From Lama glama (lineage: Eukaryota), in assembly GCA_028534125.1 (NCBI GenBank), contig CM052816.1, positions 69,690,001 through 69,754,000 of the forward strand: 64,000 nt of DNA. Direction: 5' to 3'. Position numbers and translations under genes: made by a program. Under the pieces are notes generated by a model that was given only the letters and a program-made list of their open reading frames with translations, did no database searches and was not told the origin of the DNA. Below are positions 13,491-26,774 of this stretch, in pieces (the stretch's first letter is position 1; the number at the start of each line of letters is the position of its first letter).

Positions 13491-15479
13491 TGAAGAACTA
13501 CTGCAGTGCTAGCTTCTCCTCAGTGCTCATTTTTCTCAACACAATCCAGTTATTTTCATTTGTCCCATTGTCATACTTGATCAACCTCAGAATTTGTTAT
13601 TCCCAGTAGATGGTCACATCTTCTAGTGGGTTTTCCTTAGTTACCTTACCCTCCTGTGCTAAATGCAATGTTTTGGGGAGGATGGGGGTGGCGGGAGGGA
13701 ACTGGCAGAGGAGTGAGAGTGGTATTATAGCTCACATTATTTGGTACGGATTGTTTCCTCCTTTTAAGGAATCGTTCCTTCATCTGTGTTTCAGTATCAT
13801 GTTGGAATACTTGTGGCACTTCTTTTCTACGTGCCCAGTCCAAGTTCAGGTTGGAGGAGGGGAAACAGATGGCAAAGAATAGTGCTTGGTTGTTACACAG
13901 CATCCATGCACTTTTGTGGGTGTAAGCGCTGCCTCTGAATTTCTGAAGAAAATCAGAGAAAGAAATGTATTATGTGAGTCTGACTCATTGAGAGGAATGG
14001 GCAAGATAAATGGTGGGAAAACCAAAACCAACTTTTCTATGACCTTATGTGAAATTCTGCTTTGTGCCCGAAGAAGAATGTTAAAAATGATGTGGTCAGA
14101 GGAGGAGAGCTGCAGCCCAGAGACAGTCTTGGAAGTAGAATTTCTAATTCTAAAAAGAAGCCTACTAACCTCATAGCTGCTGCTAATGGCCATGTATATA
14201 TTAATAAAGCTTTAAACACCTCCCAAATTAGCTTAATTTTTAAGTCAAAAGTACAGGACATGGAAGTGGTAATTTGTGTTAGTCCAGCAGACACCAAATT
14301 AATTGAGATAAAAACAAGAAGTAGCAGGCAAACCCTTTGGGTGAAAAAATAATGAGTTATGCTAACTCACTGAAGACAGTTTCGAGGGAAACCTAATAGC
14401 AAGAAATGAGTTCACGTTATTGAGTTGGAAGTTTGTCATATTTATCAGTGTTCCTCAGCCACAGAGTCAAAGTTGTAAAAGAAATCAAATTCAGGTTTTG
14501 TGGCCTTCCCTGTGAGAAAGCCACGCCCCACGTAAAGCTTCAGTTCACCTGTCCTACAGCTGTCCCAGGTGTGCTGTGCCATGTCAGTCTGGAAGCTGGA
14601 CAGTCAGGATGGCAGTGTGAGTGGGGGCATGATGAACACAGAGAGACATAGGGATAGATAGGGACAGAGAAGTTCATTTCCACCTCCAAGTCTGGTATGT
14701 GCTGCCTGGATCAGCTCGGCAACACAGAGGAAACAGCGCTATGCTCGTTTTTCTTAGGAAGTGTCTGTTACTCAACAGACCTGCTGACTTGTCGCTGGCC
14801 CACAGTCCTCCAAGGCATAAGCTGGCTGGACGTGTGAGACCCCTGATGCACTGCCTTCTACAGGGTTTTTATCAACTGTTACTGGTTGTTTAGTTTTTTT
14901 TTTTTTTTTCCCTCTTCCTGACATCCTCTGTCTCATGTAGGAGGAATTTCTCTTTGAAGTTATGTCAAATGACTCTACTGTGAAAGGATTATTGTGAGAG
15001 CTGAGGAAATTAGATTGCACAACTGGAAATTTAAACATAAAGGAAAACAAGCAACCTCAGAGGAACTACTCCTAGAAACTGATTATACAAGTCCTGGATT
15101 TCTCTACCTTCAGTTGCTACTAAAATTTGCATCCTTCAGTGGCCATTTTATTTCCGTCTTGCAAGTTCTTCTCATTGGCTTCCTGCTTTTACTGTTATCA
15201 TCTCCATTTTTTCATTCCTAAGCCCAGTGTCTGTTCTATGTTAACTCCTGTTAACTCAGCCTTCTTGCCAAATTTTCTTCCGGTATAAAGCCTAGTAGAG
15301 AGTATCATTTGTTAAGAAAATGTATGTTCGTTGTTATCAAAGTTCCAATATGTTGTGAGCATAGCCTGTGTTCTTTTCATGAATTAAAATATGTTATAAA
15401 TTCTCCACAAACCCTATTTTTCACACACTAATGGCTACCATCTAATCAGTAGTGCTGAAGGAGCCAGGTAACGAACATG

Positions 15480-15750
15480 GATCCTTTAAAAAATTGACTA
15501 GACGGTGAGACAATGATTTATTCTCCAAAGTACGTGAGACAATACTACAAAGCCCAAGTGTCCATTAATTGCCCTCCTTTTCCCTCCTGGTTCCACCATC
15601 ACTCCCTAGAGGTAACTATTACTGAGACTTTACTATACATCTTTCAGGACCTTTCAGTATACTTTCTCACATGTTACATATATCCAGGGAAAATGAAATA
15701 TTGTTTTTGGTCTGTTTTTGCATAAATTTTGTGATACCAATGTATGATGG
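15480..15750 (-). mobile_element. Old L1 (L1ME-like) 3' remnant
   Basis: cactccctagaggtaactattactgagactttactatacatctttcaggac is typical of an antisense L1ME 3' UTR. Confidence 0.5.
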
Positions 15751-15821
15751 TCTTCTAACCAAGTGATGAATATGAACAAGTTCATGTCATTATTTACATA
15801 AATCATACACAACTGATTTAA

Positions 15822-15857
15822 ATACATACATACATACATACATACATACATACATAC
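15822..15857. repeat. (TACA)n tetranucleotide microsatellite
   Basis: About 9 copies of taca. Confidence 0.95.
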
Positions 15858-16319
15858 TTAAAACTGGTTAAGCTGTCACTTGAAAATTAAAGTCCATGCA
15901 CTATGTTGAATGCAAAATCTGAAAAATGCCTGAGGACCCAAAAGATGGTTTTGGTTGATGTCACAGCGTGTTCAAGGTTGTTTTATTTCATGGTGAAGAT
16001 GGTGTAAGAAGGCAGGACCTGTCAGATGAGAGGCAGTTTCTCTAATTCTATGAGCCTTTGAGGCTGCTCCATTATCATTCCTTAAGAAGTAGTGTGTTAT
16101 GTCACTTGGTGAATTTAATAATTCCTGTGTTTCCATTAGGCTGGGACAACAGTAACCTTAATTCTGTACAAGTACAACAGCAATTACAACTAGAGAATAA
16201 GGACGAGTAGGAGGGTTTATATGAGTAGCTTGGAGAGTTTTCTTGAGCACGTGGGTTTTGGACTGGGTTTAAGGAAGGGGTATGTTGTGAATCGTGCAAA
16301 CGGGTGTGTCATTAAAATG

Positions 16320-17010
16320 ATTCCTTCAGAGTGTGTTCACAGCCCAGTCACATCTCACCAGCTGCACCACTCCCACCAGCATTTCTCACGTGCAGTAGTA
16401 ATGACCTTCTCCCTGCTTTCCACACCCTTGCTCTTCTGCACTCTGTTTTCTCCAAGAAGCTTTTAAAAATGTAGGTCAGATCATCACTTCAAAACTCTCC
16501 TGTGGCTCTCCAAGGCAACAGTAAAAGCGCCGTAGGATCTTCCCGGACTTCATCTTAGCTTTCCACCTTTTGCTTCAGCAACTCTAGCCACACTGTCCTC
16601 CTCCTGCTCCCTGAACCTGATACGTCACCATCTCAGCTCAGAGCTTTTGCGTCTGCAATTCCCTCTGCCCAGACACCCCTATGGCTCACTTCCTCATATC
16701 CTCAAGGAGTTTTCTCCATTGTCACCTTATTGAAGAGGCCTTTCCTGATGGCCCTGCCCCCAGGCACTCTCTAACTTCTTTGCTATTTTATTTTTTTCTT
16801 CATAGCACGTATTACCTTCTCCCATATGACATAAGCTTTGTTTATTCCTTATCTCAGCCCCGTGCAGATGTTAAGTTCCTGAAGACAGACGAGCCAAAAT
16901 GAAATAATCAGCAGGTTTAAGGGTCTACTTTTTTGGGGGGTCACTGTAGCGAGAACCATGCCTGGTATAAAGTAGGATTCAAGAAATATTTGTTTAATTA
17001 ATAAATAATT
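16320..17010 (+). mobile_element. L2 LINE 3' region
   Basis: aaatgtaggtcagatcatcacttcaaaactctcc...ctctagccacactg...agaggccttttcctga...agaaccatgcctggtataaagtaggattcaagaaatatttg. Confidence 0.85.
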
Positions 17011-17849
17011 GATGTAAAACAGCCATGCTAAAAATTCTAAGGGAAAAATGAAGTGTGAGGGACCTTTTGAAAATTCAGTCTTGATCTGAGAGGTCCCTGA
17101 TTCATTCCTAGATTTTGGCATCAAAAAAATGAAAAAATTTAGTCTTGACTAGAACTAAGGGAACCAGTAAATAAGAGGAAAGGGAGGGAAAATGGCACTG
17201 GGTATATCTTCATCTATTGTCAAATTACAGAGATTGGGAGACCATCCTATGCTTTAAATACCACTTCTGTCTGTCTGTTGGGTCCGTTACAGTGTGAGTA
17301 TGCTACTGTTTCAATAATAATGAGTTTGAACCCCTGGTAAGTAAACAGCCAAACACACAGTAAGGAAAAGAACGTGATGGGGATAGAATGTTCTTTTTAA
17401 ACAATGGCATAGTTCTGTGTTAACACCTGTTTCATCACCTTTAAATTTGTTGCCAATCTTAAGGTTTTCATTTTTGAAGGAAAACTGTGTTGATAATCTT
17501 TTAGAGGCTTCAGGGAGAGCATTTGTTTCCTTAGGATCTGCTCCAGGAATATTAGAGAGAGAATACTGGAAAGTTTAAAGACAAGCCAGTTAAAAGAAAG
17601 GGCACAATGTCCTAAAATTTTTAGTTTCATAAACATCTTTTATTCCTAAAGATCCCACAGTATTTTATTTGCTGATATTTAAAAGTTTTTATGCCCACTC
17701 CAGGCTGACTATAAATCACTTTTCCTCAAATTTAATCTCCCTTTAAAATGATTTCTCTCTTCTCTTTTGATGAAACTATACATTTCTTCTTTCCAGAACA
17801 TTCTTTCTGCCAGTTCATTAATTTCTCATTGCATCATTCCATGTGTGTG

Positions 17850-18080
17850 TGCTGAGCACCACTATCATCGTCATCAGAAGGCTGCTGCATCAGCATAGCT
17901 TCCCATTTAATTCTTAAAACTGTCTGTGAGCTAGGTGTTTATTGTCCTCTTATACTCAGATGAAGTTGATTAAATTAGAAAATTTAGTAATTTGCCTAAG
18001 AACAATTAATCAGTAAGTGACAGAGCTAGGATTCAAATCAGGTATGTTGTACTATGTGGTCCATGATCTTTCTAGCATAC
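17850..18080 (-). mobile_element. MIR
   Basis: catttaattctt...cagatgaag...agtaatttgcctaag...agtgacagagctaggattcaaatcagg. Confidence 0.75.
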
Positions 18081-18239
18081 CACGTTCCTTCCTCAAGAGG
18101 CCAAGTGGCCTCGGGCATCTCCCCAAAGCTCTCCAGTTGTCAGTTTCCTTATTTGTTTAAAAAAAAAAACAAACTGAGTCTGATGTTCTGTCAGGTCCCT
18201 CCCTCCTTGCCCACCACTCTGTTTATGACTTTTATGATT

Positions 18240-18425
18240 GGAAATAATAATGGCTACCACTATTGGGTTAAATTCTTTACAAACATAACTTATTAAAGTC
18301 AGTAACTGTATCAGTATGATATTGTTATCCCCAAGTTTCAGGTAGGATTTAGAGTATTTAAGCCACTTGTCAAGGCCTTCAGGTTTTCAGATGCAGAACT
18401 CCTATGTGAACCCAAGTTTGGGATC
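18240..18425 (-). mobile_element. MIR remnant
   Basis: aataataatggctaccactattgg...ttgttatcccc...ccacttgtcaagg...gaacccaagt. Confidence 0.6.
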
Positions 18426-18639
18426 ATAATAACACTGCATTATTATATACAGTTTCTGCATCATTTTTTGTATAAGTGTAAACTTGACGAATGTGAGGAG
18501 AATCTACTTGTTTCTAATTCAGCAAATATTTATGAAGAAGTGAGGGTAGGTGAGGTTGATTGCAGCCTTTGGCAAAGGGCCTTCTGCACCAGATGAAAGC
18601 CTTTACCTTTTTTTTAACCATTCAATCTTCAAATTCGCC

Positions 18640-19100
18640 CACATAATTGCATATAGTTCATATTTTTCACTTTTGTGTAATGTTTCATTGTGTAAATATA
18701 CCACAATTTACTTATTCGTGCCTCTGCTCTGGGAGTTTTTTTTTTGTTTCTAGACTTTTGCTCTTACAAACTGTACTATTATAAACTTTCTTATAAATTA
18801 TCTACTGGTGCAAATCTCAAAGACAATATAAAGCACAGTGCTATTTTTATGAAGCTCAAAAATGAAGAAAACTTTTAAAGGATGTTCCACCATGCATGTA
18901 TGGGTAGGACTATGCCAACGCAAGGGAAGAAGTAATAAACACAAAATTTAACATAGTGATTTTTTTAAGGGGGAGGCAGGTAGACAGGAGACAGGGGAGG
19001 GAAGGAGCACAAAGGATGGATGCAAGTTTACAGATAATGTTGTAGTTCTTGATTGGGTGGTCTGTTCATAAGCAAGTTCATATGTATGTTCATAAATAGG
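18640..19100. mobile_element. Old L1 (L1ME-like) fragments in both orientations
   Basis: Antisense tttcattgtgtaaatataccacaatttactt..., then sense aataaacacaaaatttaacatagtg...ataatgttgtagttcttg. Confidence 0.5.
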
Positions 19101-19109
19101 TATTAATTA

Positions 19110-21660
19110 AATAAATTTTCTATTTTAGAATAATTTTAGATTCACAAAATTATTACAAAGATAGTAATATCCCATTATAAAAATCTTACCTGTGGTACAT
19201 TTGTCACAGGGAGTGAACCAGTATCGATACATTGTATTAAAGTTCATCCTTTATTCAGACAGATTTCCTTAGTTTTTACCTAATACTTCCCATCCAGGAT
19301 ACCGCAATACATTTAGTTGTCATGCCTCCTTAGGCTTCTCCCAGCTGTGAAAGTTTCTCAGGCTTTCCTTGTTTTTGATGACCTTAACAGTTCTGAGGAG
19401 TTTCATTGAATGTCCCTCAATGGGAATTGGCATTTTTCTCATGGTTAGACTTAGGAGGAAGATCAGGGTGGTAAAGTGGCACAACACATCCTATCAAGGG
19501 CATGGACTATCAACATGACTTACCACTGTTGCTGTTAATTTTGATCACCTGGCTGCAGTAGTGATGGTCAGTTTCTCTTCTGTTGTTACTCTTTTTCCCC
19601 CTTTTCATACTGTCCTCTTTGGAAGGAAGCTGCCATGTGGCCACACTGAAGGAGTGAGGAGTTACACTCCACCTCAAGAATGGAGTATCCACATAAATTA
19701 TTCAGAATTCTTCTGCAAGAGAGATTTGTCTCTTCTCCCTTATTTATTTATTTGTTTGTTTGTTTATTTATCTGTTCGGTTAGATCATTATGGACTCATG
19801 GCTGTTCATAGTTTGGATTACAGTCCAACACTACTTATTATGTTGCTCAAACTCTTCCAGTTTGGGCCTTGGGGAGTACTTTTAGTTGGCTCTTTTTGTC
19901 CCTTTGACATACCCTCATTATTGTGACGTTTTGGGGACTTTTGTTTTTGTTTTTCTGGCACTTCCTGAATGTCTGGCCCTCCAGGATGCCCCAGACTCAT
20001 TTTGTATATTCCTCACCCCAGCCCTGGAACCAGCCATTTCTCTCAAGGAGCCCCTGGTTCTTTTCATTGGAGAATGTTCGCCAAGATGTGGATGCTTGGT
20101 GTGCTCATTACTGCTCGCATATTGTTGCTTCTAGGTCCTCCCCATTGACAGAGCAAGGAAATATGTCTGTGTATGCTAACCCATGTATACACATATATCT
20201 GTAAATATTTTCATGTGTAATCCTCCATATTAAACTAAATGTGAGTTCATACTGATTCAGCTCTAATTTCCATGTGAGTCATTCTAGGTTTTTACTGTTG
20301 CTTATAAGTAACCTGGGTCTCTGACAGTGAGAAACCTGGCTCCCACCATCTGCCATAAATTTATGTAATTACTCTATTTCAGGGTACATATATAATGGTT
20401 TCAAATTTGTCCATCTATCCCTGGTGAGAAACAACTTTATCAACTAGGATATAATTCTTATACACAGTTCCCTTTTAGTCTTGTAGACTACTTTTTTCCA
20501 AGGTTACTTAGTTCAGCATTTTATTTCTACACCCCCTTCAGTGAGGTGGTTTCATACATTTTTAATACACTTAGATTCTGTCACTTTCTGCATTCCATCC
20601 TAGGATCCCTTGATCTTCTAGTTGATTTTTTTTGACTTACACACTTTAAAATTTACTTCATGATATAAAGCTCTATGGATTTTGACAAATGCTTCATGTC
20701 TTGTATCTACCACTACAATCTCATACAGAATAGTCTCACCTTCATAAAAAATCCCCCATGTTTTATTTACTCAACTCTTCCATGCCTGAAGCCCTGACAA
20801 ACACTAATTGTTACTCTCTATTTTTACCTTTTCCAAAATATCACATACTTGGAATTATACAGTATGTGGCCTTTTCAGACTAGCTTCTTTTGGGGGAGGA
20901 AGTAGTTTTATTTGTATATATATTTGTGTATGTGTGTATATATATATATATATTATATATATATTACATATATATTTTTTTAATGAAGATACTGAGGATT
21001 GAACCCAGACCTTGTGTATGCTAAGCACACATTCTAACTGAGCTATATCCTTCCCCCTCTGACTAGCTGCTTTTATTTAGCAATATGCATTTAAGATTGA
21101 TGCTTGTCTTGTGGTTTACTAGTTCATTCCTTTTTATCACTGAATAATATTCCATTGTGTGGTTGTGCAACAGTTAATTCAACTGTTGAAGGACATCTTG
21201 GTTGCTTCCAGTTTTTTACAATTGTACCAAAGTTGCTATAAACATTTGCATATAGGCTTCTATAGGAATGTAAGCTTTTACATCAATTAAGCAGTTATCT
21301 AGGAGCATGATTGCTAGGTCTTACATTAAGACTGTATTTAATTTTGTAAGAAACTGCCCAACTGTGAGGGTACAGTTGTGCATTCTCACCATCAATGAAT
21401 GGGAACTCTTTTTGCTTTGCGTCTTCACTAGCAGTTGGTGGTGTTTGTTTTAGACTTTAGCCATTACAATAAATGTGTGGTGATACTTCCTGGTTGTTTT
21501 AATTTGCAGTTCCCTAATGTCATGTGATATGGAGCACAGAGTGGTTTCCCATTTAATGAGGTGCCATTCAGATCTTCTGCCCATTTTTTAAAAATCACAT
21601 TGTTTATTTTCTTTTTCTTTCTTTTTTTTTAGAGGCTATACTTCATATATATTGCATATA
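19110..21660 (-). mobile_element. L1MC-type LINE-1 long 3' UTR plus ORF2 end (antisense), interrupted by a SINE
   Basis: aattttagattcacaaaa...gatttccttagtttttacctaat...catttagttgtcatg...gatcacctggctg..., and ORF2-end text tattccattgtgtgg...ggacatcttggttgcttccagtt...ttaatttgcagttccctaatg. Confidence 0.9.
20892..21057 (-). mobile_element. tRNA-Ala-derived SINE (camelid Vic-1 type)
   Basis: Reverse complement reads ggggaaggatatagctcagttagaatgtgtgcttagcatacacaaggtctgggttcaatcctcagtatcttca plus an AT-rich tail. TSD cagactagcttctttt (20876-20891) / ctgactagctgctttt (21059-21074). Confidence 0.9.
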
Positions 21661-21769
21661 TTCTTTTGTGTGTGTGAAATAATATGATAAAACATTAAAA
21701 CAAAGAGGAGCAGGAAAAAACTTTGTGCTTTGTGCTGTAGATGGGATGACTGATTAAGAATTCAGGCTT

Positions 21770-21914
21770 GCAGGGAGAATATAGCTCAGTGGTAAAGCAT
21801 GTGCTTAGCATGCACAAGGTCCTGGGTTCAATCCCCAGTACCTCCATTAAATAAATAAATAAATCTAATAACCCTCCCAAAAAATAAATAAGTAAACAAA
21901 CAAACAAAAAAAAA
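21770..21914 (+). mobile_element. tRNA-Ala-derived SINE (camelid Vic-1 type) inserted in a MIR (~21725-22150)
   Basis: atagctcagtggtaaagcatgtgcttagcatgcacaaggtcctgggttcaatccccagtacctcca (Pol III A and B boxes, tRNA-Ala-AGC-like) plus an A-rich tail. Perfect 14-bp TSD aagaattcaggctt (21756-21769 / 21915-21928). Confidence 0.95.
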
Positions 21915-22174
21915 AAGAATTCAGGCTTAACTTCAAACTTCACCCTTCTATGTATTTGCCTTGTGACTTTGGGGAAGTTATATAATCTCTTGGGGCCTCA
22001 AATTCTTCATAGTGAAAATGAGAATGTTATTTCTCACTTTTTTTTTTTTTGGTGAGAATTTAATGAAAACGGCTGGGTTAGGTAGAGATCAGTAAGTAGA
22101 GACTTCGCATATGTGCTGCAAAGGAGATGTTTAATAAATGGTGGTTTCCATACCCCCAACCATAGAAAGTTTAC

Positions 22175-22275
22175 TCATTCATTAAATAAATATTTGTCAA
22201 GTGCCTATTTTGTGCCAGGAACTGTTCTGTGCATTTGAGATACATCCATGAGTCTCTGTGTGGTGGAATTTTTAG
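22175..22275 (-). mobile_element. L2 3' end
   Basis: cattcattaaataaatatttgtcaagtgcctattttgtgccaggaactgttctg. Confidence 0.7.
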
Positions 22276-24479
22276 TCTTTTAAATTAGAGTGTGATATTT
22301 ACTCATAATTTAGAAAATTAACTTGTAGAAAAAGACCAAAAAGAGAGAATTAAGTTAGTAGACTCCTCTGAAAGTTCAGATAAGAGGTTATAAGAACTCA
22401 AAAGATAGAATTGGGAATGGAGAGAAGAGAACAGCTGAAAAAAATGTCTCAGAAGTGGAATCCAATAGACAAGGCGATTACTAGGTGCTATGGGTAAAAC
22501 GGAGTGTGTTAACGACTGACTTTTTCTAAATGAGAGATTATAGAATACTGGTTTATAAAGGAGCAAAATCTCTTAGAATGTTCTGATAATCAACACAGCT
22601 TGAAACATACACACAGAGACTGTCCCTAGCCAAAATTTCTTTTGTAAAAGTCTTCGAGAAGTGCTGATTCCCTAGCAGAAACATCTGAAGAGAAAACTAA
22701 ACACTCAAGTCAAATGGGAAACCTTCAAGATGAGTCTGCTGGGCTCATTAGACACCAAACATTTACTGCATCGGTTCTAATAATTGTATTGCTGAGCATT
22801 TTAAGAGACAGCACAATGCTCTTCCTTGTCTAATAAAGTTAGAATGTAAATTTTCGCTCAGTGGCATGGTTGGCTCAGCAGCAAAAAGAACTGCACAATT
22901 TCATCTCCAGTTCTAAGTTAAGCAGAGCCGAGAGATGATTCCCCTGTGTGTTTATAAGGAAGAGTTAAATCCCTCTCAGTGTAATGTAGCACCAGATCGA
23001 AGTAAACAGACTATGATTTCAGTGCTAGACACAGCCTTAAGGCAGAAGAAATTACACTGTCATACAGAGGATATGTAGCTGCTGCTATTTTGGTGCTTGA
23101 GTTCTTTGTTGTCACATAGTTGAAGGCAATCCAGATGAAGAAAAGTGTTAACCAACAAAAGGAGAAATTTTCCTGCAGATGGCTAGGGGGATGTGGGGGA
23201 AGAGGGAAGATGCAGTGCAATGCCGTCTAAGCATACCAGTAAAGGGTTCATTCCAATAACTGCTGGCTTCAGCTCATCTCCTTGTTCTTATTAAAAGCAA
23301 GTTGTTCACAAGGACAAAGTGCAAGCTAAACTTTAAAAACGATATTTTGTCACACTGTTTATCTGCCATTGTAGACTCAAAACCATGATTGCTTCTTTAA
23401 TTGAATTAGCTTCAGGTTGCTTATAAAATAAGCTTGGGAAAAAGTGGAACACCACTTTCTTGGTATCTCCAATACTGTGAGGGTGTTATTTAAGATACAT
23501 TATTTAAGAAGCATTATAATATATACCTCTGTATGTCTGTATCTTTAGATGTATATATAAACAAGGCAGTTACCTTTAAAATCAAAGGACTAATTCTGAA
23601 CAGATTAGACTAGATATATGTTTCAACATTCAAAATGGAAGGTAAAGAAGATTAAAATGTAAGATGGATTCTATAGTCCCATCAATATGGTAGATTTTAT
23701 ATTCCCACTACTACGGTGATTTTACCCATTGCTGAGTGTGTCTGTTCCAGTTATGCATTCCAGAAATAGGAAAATAACTTCAGATTGGGTGTGGAGACCC
23801 ACTGTGAGACAGACCTGAGCTAAAATTCCATTGACCTTCTGACCTCCATAAGTCCCTACCCTGATTGGTGGACCACAGAGTCTTTTTGATCTCTGGGTAT
23901 CTGTGTTAGTTCAGAGATACCATTCAGTAATCTCTAAAAGGTCTCGAATTTCCTTTTCCCCATTGCACAGTTACCCAGGTAAAAGACCAGTGGTCCCTTT
24001 GGGGAAGGCTGGGAGAAAAAAAGAATATAAATATGATGCAATATAGAATTTTAATTGAAAGGTAATTGAGTATGAAAGTAGTAGCCTATAAAAACAGATG
24101 GGAGACCAAACTGAAATCGTCTTTTCCAAAATAATTACTAAAAACAAGACATGTGAACTAGTAGAGAAAGGTGTAGGATAAATTTGGAAATCATCTTAGC
24201 ATTAGAATGATGAGCAGCTTGTATAACTGTAACATAGCTGCAAATAAAAATGCAAATTCAATTATGTGGTAATGAATTAACTCAAGAAAACCATTCAATG
24301 CATGGTCCATGCCATTTACATGATCTTCCATCATGGAAGAGTATTCTCTCCTGGTGATCTGTTTTGCCTTCAGTGTTCACTGATTTTTTCCATCTAGCCT
24401 CATTGATCTCTTCCACAGTTACATGAACTAATCAAATTCCTGTATATTTCTGAACTTTTGTGAAACTACTCCTGACCAG

Positions 24480-25240
24480 TTCTATTTAATACCATCCAGC
24501 TAGACTGTATTTTCTAGAATACTAAATTGTTCACATCACTCCTTATTCAAAAAAACCCCACATCCCCACTGGCAAAATCATTTGCTAGTCAGAAGCTAAG
24601 GCTTTGGCTCCTTTGCTAATGAGCAGGTCTCTTCTACTTTGTGAGCCTCCTGATCCAAATACCTAGTTCTCTGGGTTCCTGAGAGACTCAGATGTGATTA
24701 CAGAAATGTAGAGCATTTAATGTAGACCTGGCTCATGGCAGGCACTCCCAGAGAAGGTCTAGGCTCCTGAATATGGCTGTCCAGATGTTCCACAACTAGG
24801 CAGTCTGCTGTGCCATCCTCCCCTACCCTCCTCCTCACTTGCATCTATTGCATCCAAACTGGCTCACCTGCCTTTCCCCCAAAACCTGTACATTCCTCCC
24901 ATGTGGCCTGTCTCCTGCCCTTTATCCACCCATCTAAATTTAGCACATTTTTTTAAAAAATCAATCAAATCAATCCTACCTCTCTCATGACTTTTTTGAC
25001 TAACCATTCTAAAGTGATCAGTTGCTTCTCCAGACTCCTGCTACACTCCTTAATCTGGTGATTAATCCTCTAATGCCTGAGTCTTCTCTGTTTTTCATTC
25101 AAACTGTTATGTATTTTGCATTATTTTTTATGATGAAACTCTCTTACCCTATTTTTAATCTAATCATATGCTTCCTGTGAGCAAGACGTACTTCTTTTAT
25201 TTCCTTTTGTCCTTCATGAGACTTACTATTAATAGTTACT
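24480..25240 (+). mobile_element. Degraded L2 fragments
   Basis: catcactccttattcaaaa..., tgcttcctgtgagcaagac...gttactcaaaataatactgag. Confidence 0.45.
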
Positions 25241-25311
25241 CAAAATAATACTGAGTTTTAGTCATTCTTTTCTTTATAAATTTGTTTATTCTCAATGCCC
25301 ATGGAAACAGT

Positions 25312-25572
25312 GAAGTATATATCATTTTTTTAGATTCCACATATAAGTGATATTGTATGCTATTTCCTTCTCTGACTGACTTCACTTAGTAATCTCTAGG
25401 TCCATCTATGTTGCTGCAAATGACATTATTTCATTCTTTTTATGGCTAAGTAGTTTTCCATTGTGTATATATACCACAACTTCTTTATCCAGTCATCTGT
25501 TAATGGGCATTTAAGTTGCTTCCATATCTTGGCTATTTAAATAGCCATAGTGCTGCTATGAACATTAGGGCA
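25312..25572 (-). mobile_element. LINE-1 ORF2 C-terminal / 3' UTR-start fragment
   Basis: ttagattccacatataagtgat...gacttcacttag...gttgctgcaaatgacattatttcattctttttatggct...ccacaacttctttatccagtcatctg...gtgctgctatgaacatt. Confidence 0.9.
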
Positions 25573-26630
25573 CATGGAATAGTTTCTGAACATACAACCT
25601 TGGCAAGCTCTACTCAGCTGCCACACTACTTCTGTGAACTGAAGACTAAATAGCTGAAAAGGAAATAATAACCAAGTTAAGGCAGTTTTCTTTTTGGTTC
25701 TTGACTTATTTAGTCTAAGGTAAATAATCTCTATTTGACACATAATAAAACTGCCATTGTATGTTGCTTTAAATAGTCTGTACCTGATAAGCTGTATCTG
25801 ATTGTACACCTATACTAAATGAATAGACTAGGATACACAAAAAGAAACTTTAGGAGAATTTAGGAGTTTGGTTTAACAAATTTAGATAAAGGTTATGAAG
25901 AGGGTCTGCTTCTTAGCCCTGGTGTCTTTCCAGTCTGGGTTTTTAAGCAATCAGCCTTGTTAAGCAACTGTAGTTAACACCGAATGGTGTGTCCAGTTAT
26001 TAAAGATCTGCTTCATGTTCTATGTCCAGTGAAATACTTGATTATACTGGTGTTAGGGGTAGGAATACCATAGTCAGTGCAGGCAAGCTATGGTGAACCA
26101 GGTTTTACTGGTTCCCAGCAGTTACGTTTCTAGGAACATGATGTAACTTGCAGAATAGTCAAATCCTTGAGCTAACAGGTAGTGATATAACTGGGTTTAG
26201 TGCAATCATTTTGAATTATTAAGGAAACTTCTAAAGTGTGTTCTTAGTCTGAAATTTGTCTTCCAAGATCTTGGCCAGGGAAGTGCATTTTAGAACAAAA
26301 CCAAAAAGGACATCTTAGATCCAAAATTGCCTGAAGTTTGTTCAAAGTAGTATAAAATTATATCAAATTAGAAATAGAAATTTGAAATTGTCAAATGTTT
26401 TATTGTATGATATTAACTGATATTTGTGGAAATTGAAAAAACTTACTGTTGAAGATTTTACTAAAAAGATATAGACCAATATTTAAAAATATAAGAATAT
26501 AATGTATCAGATAAGGATAGAATTTTTTTTCTCTAAAAATTGCATCTTTCCTCTTTTGAATTCAGAAGTTAACTAGGTAACTTGATTTAAGATGACCTGT
26601 TTCTAAATTCAAATCAAAAGCAGCTTGAGT

Positions 26631-26774
26631 GGGGAGGGTATAGCTCAAGTGGTAGAGCACATGTCTAGCATACACAAGGTCCTAGGTTCAATCCCCAGTA
26701 CTTCCTCTAAAAAAAAATTAATAAGTAAACCTAATTACGTGCCCCCTAAAAAATAAATAAAAAAAATTTTTTTT
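26631..26774 (+). mobile_element. tRNA-Ala-derived SINE (camelid Vic-1 type)
   Basis: ggggagggtatagctcaagtggtagagcacatgtctagcatacacaaggtcctaggttcaatccccagtacttcc plus tail. TSD aaagcagcttg (26617-26627 / 26775-26785). Confidence 0.95.

Noticed and set aside
13610..14352. Overlapping ORFs in multiple frames
   Set aside because: No recognisable domain or exon structure.
14941..14993. Good-looking splice acceptor (tctcatgtag|GAG), and another at 44220
   Set aside because: No strong matching donor; stops follow shortly; peptides not recognised.
19510..20204. Several 60-120 aa ORFs
   Set aside because: They lie inside an L1MC 3' UTR and are spurious.
21770..21846. tRNA-Ala(AGC)-like sequence (also at ~20990-21057 and 26631-26705)
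   Set aside because: A-rich tails, TSDs and altered 5' stems show these are SINE heads, not tRNA genes.
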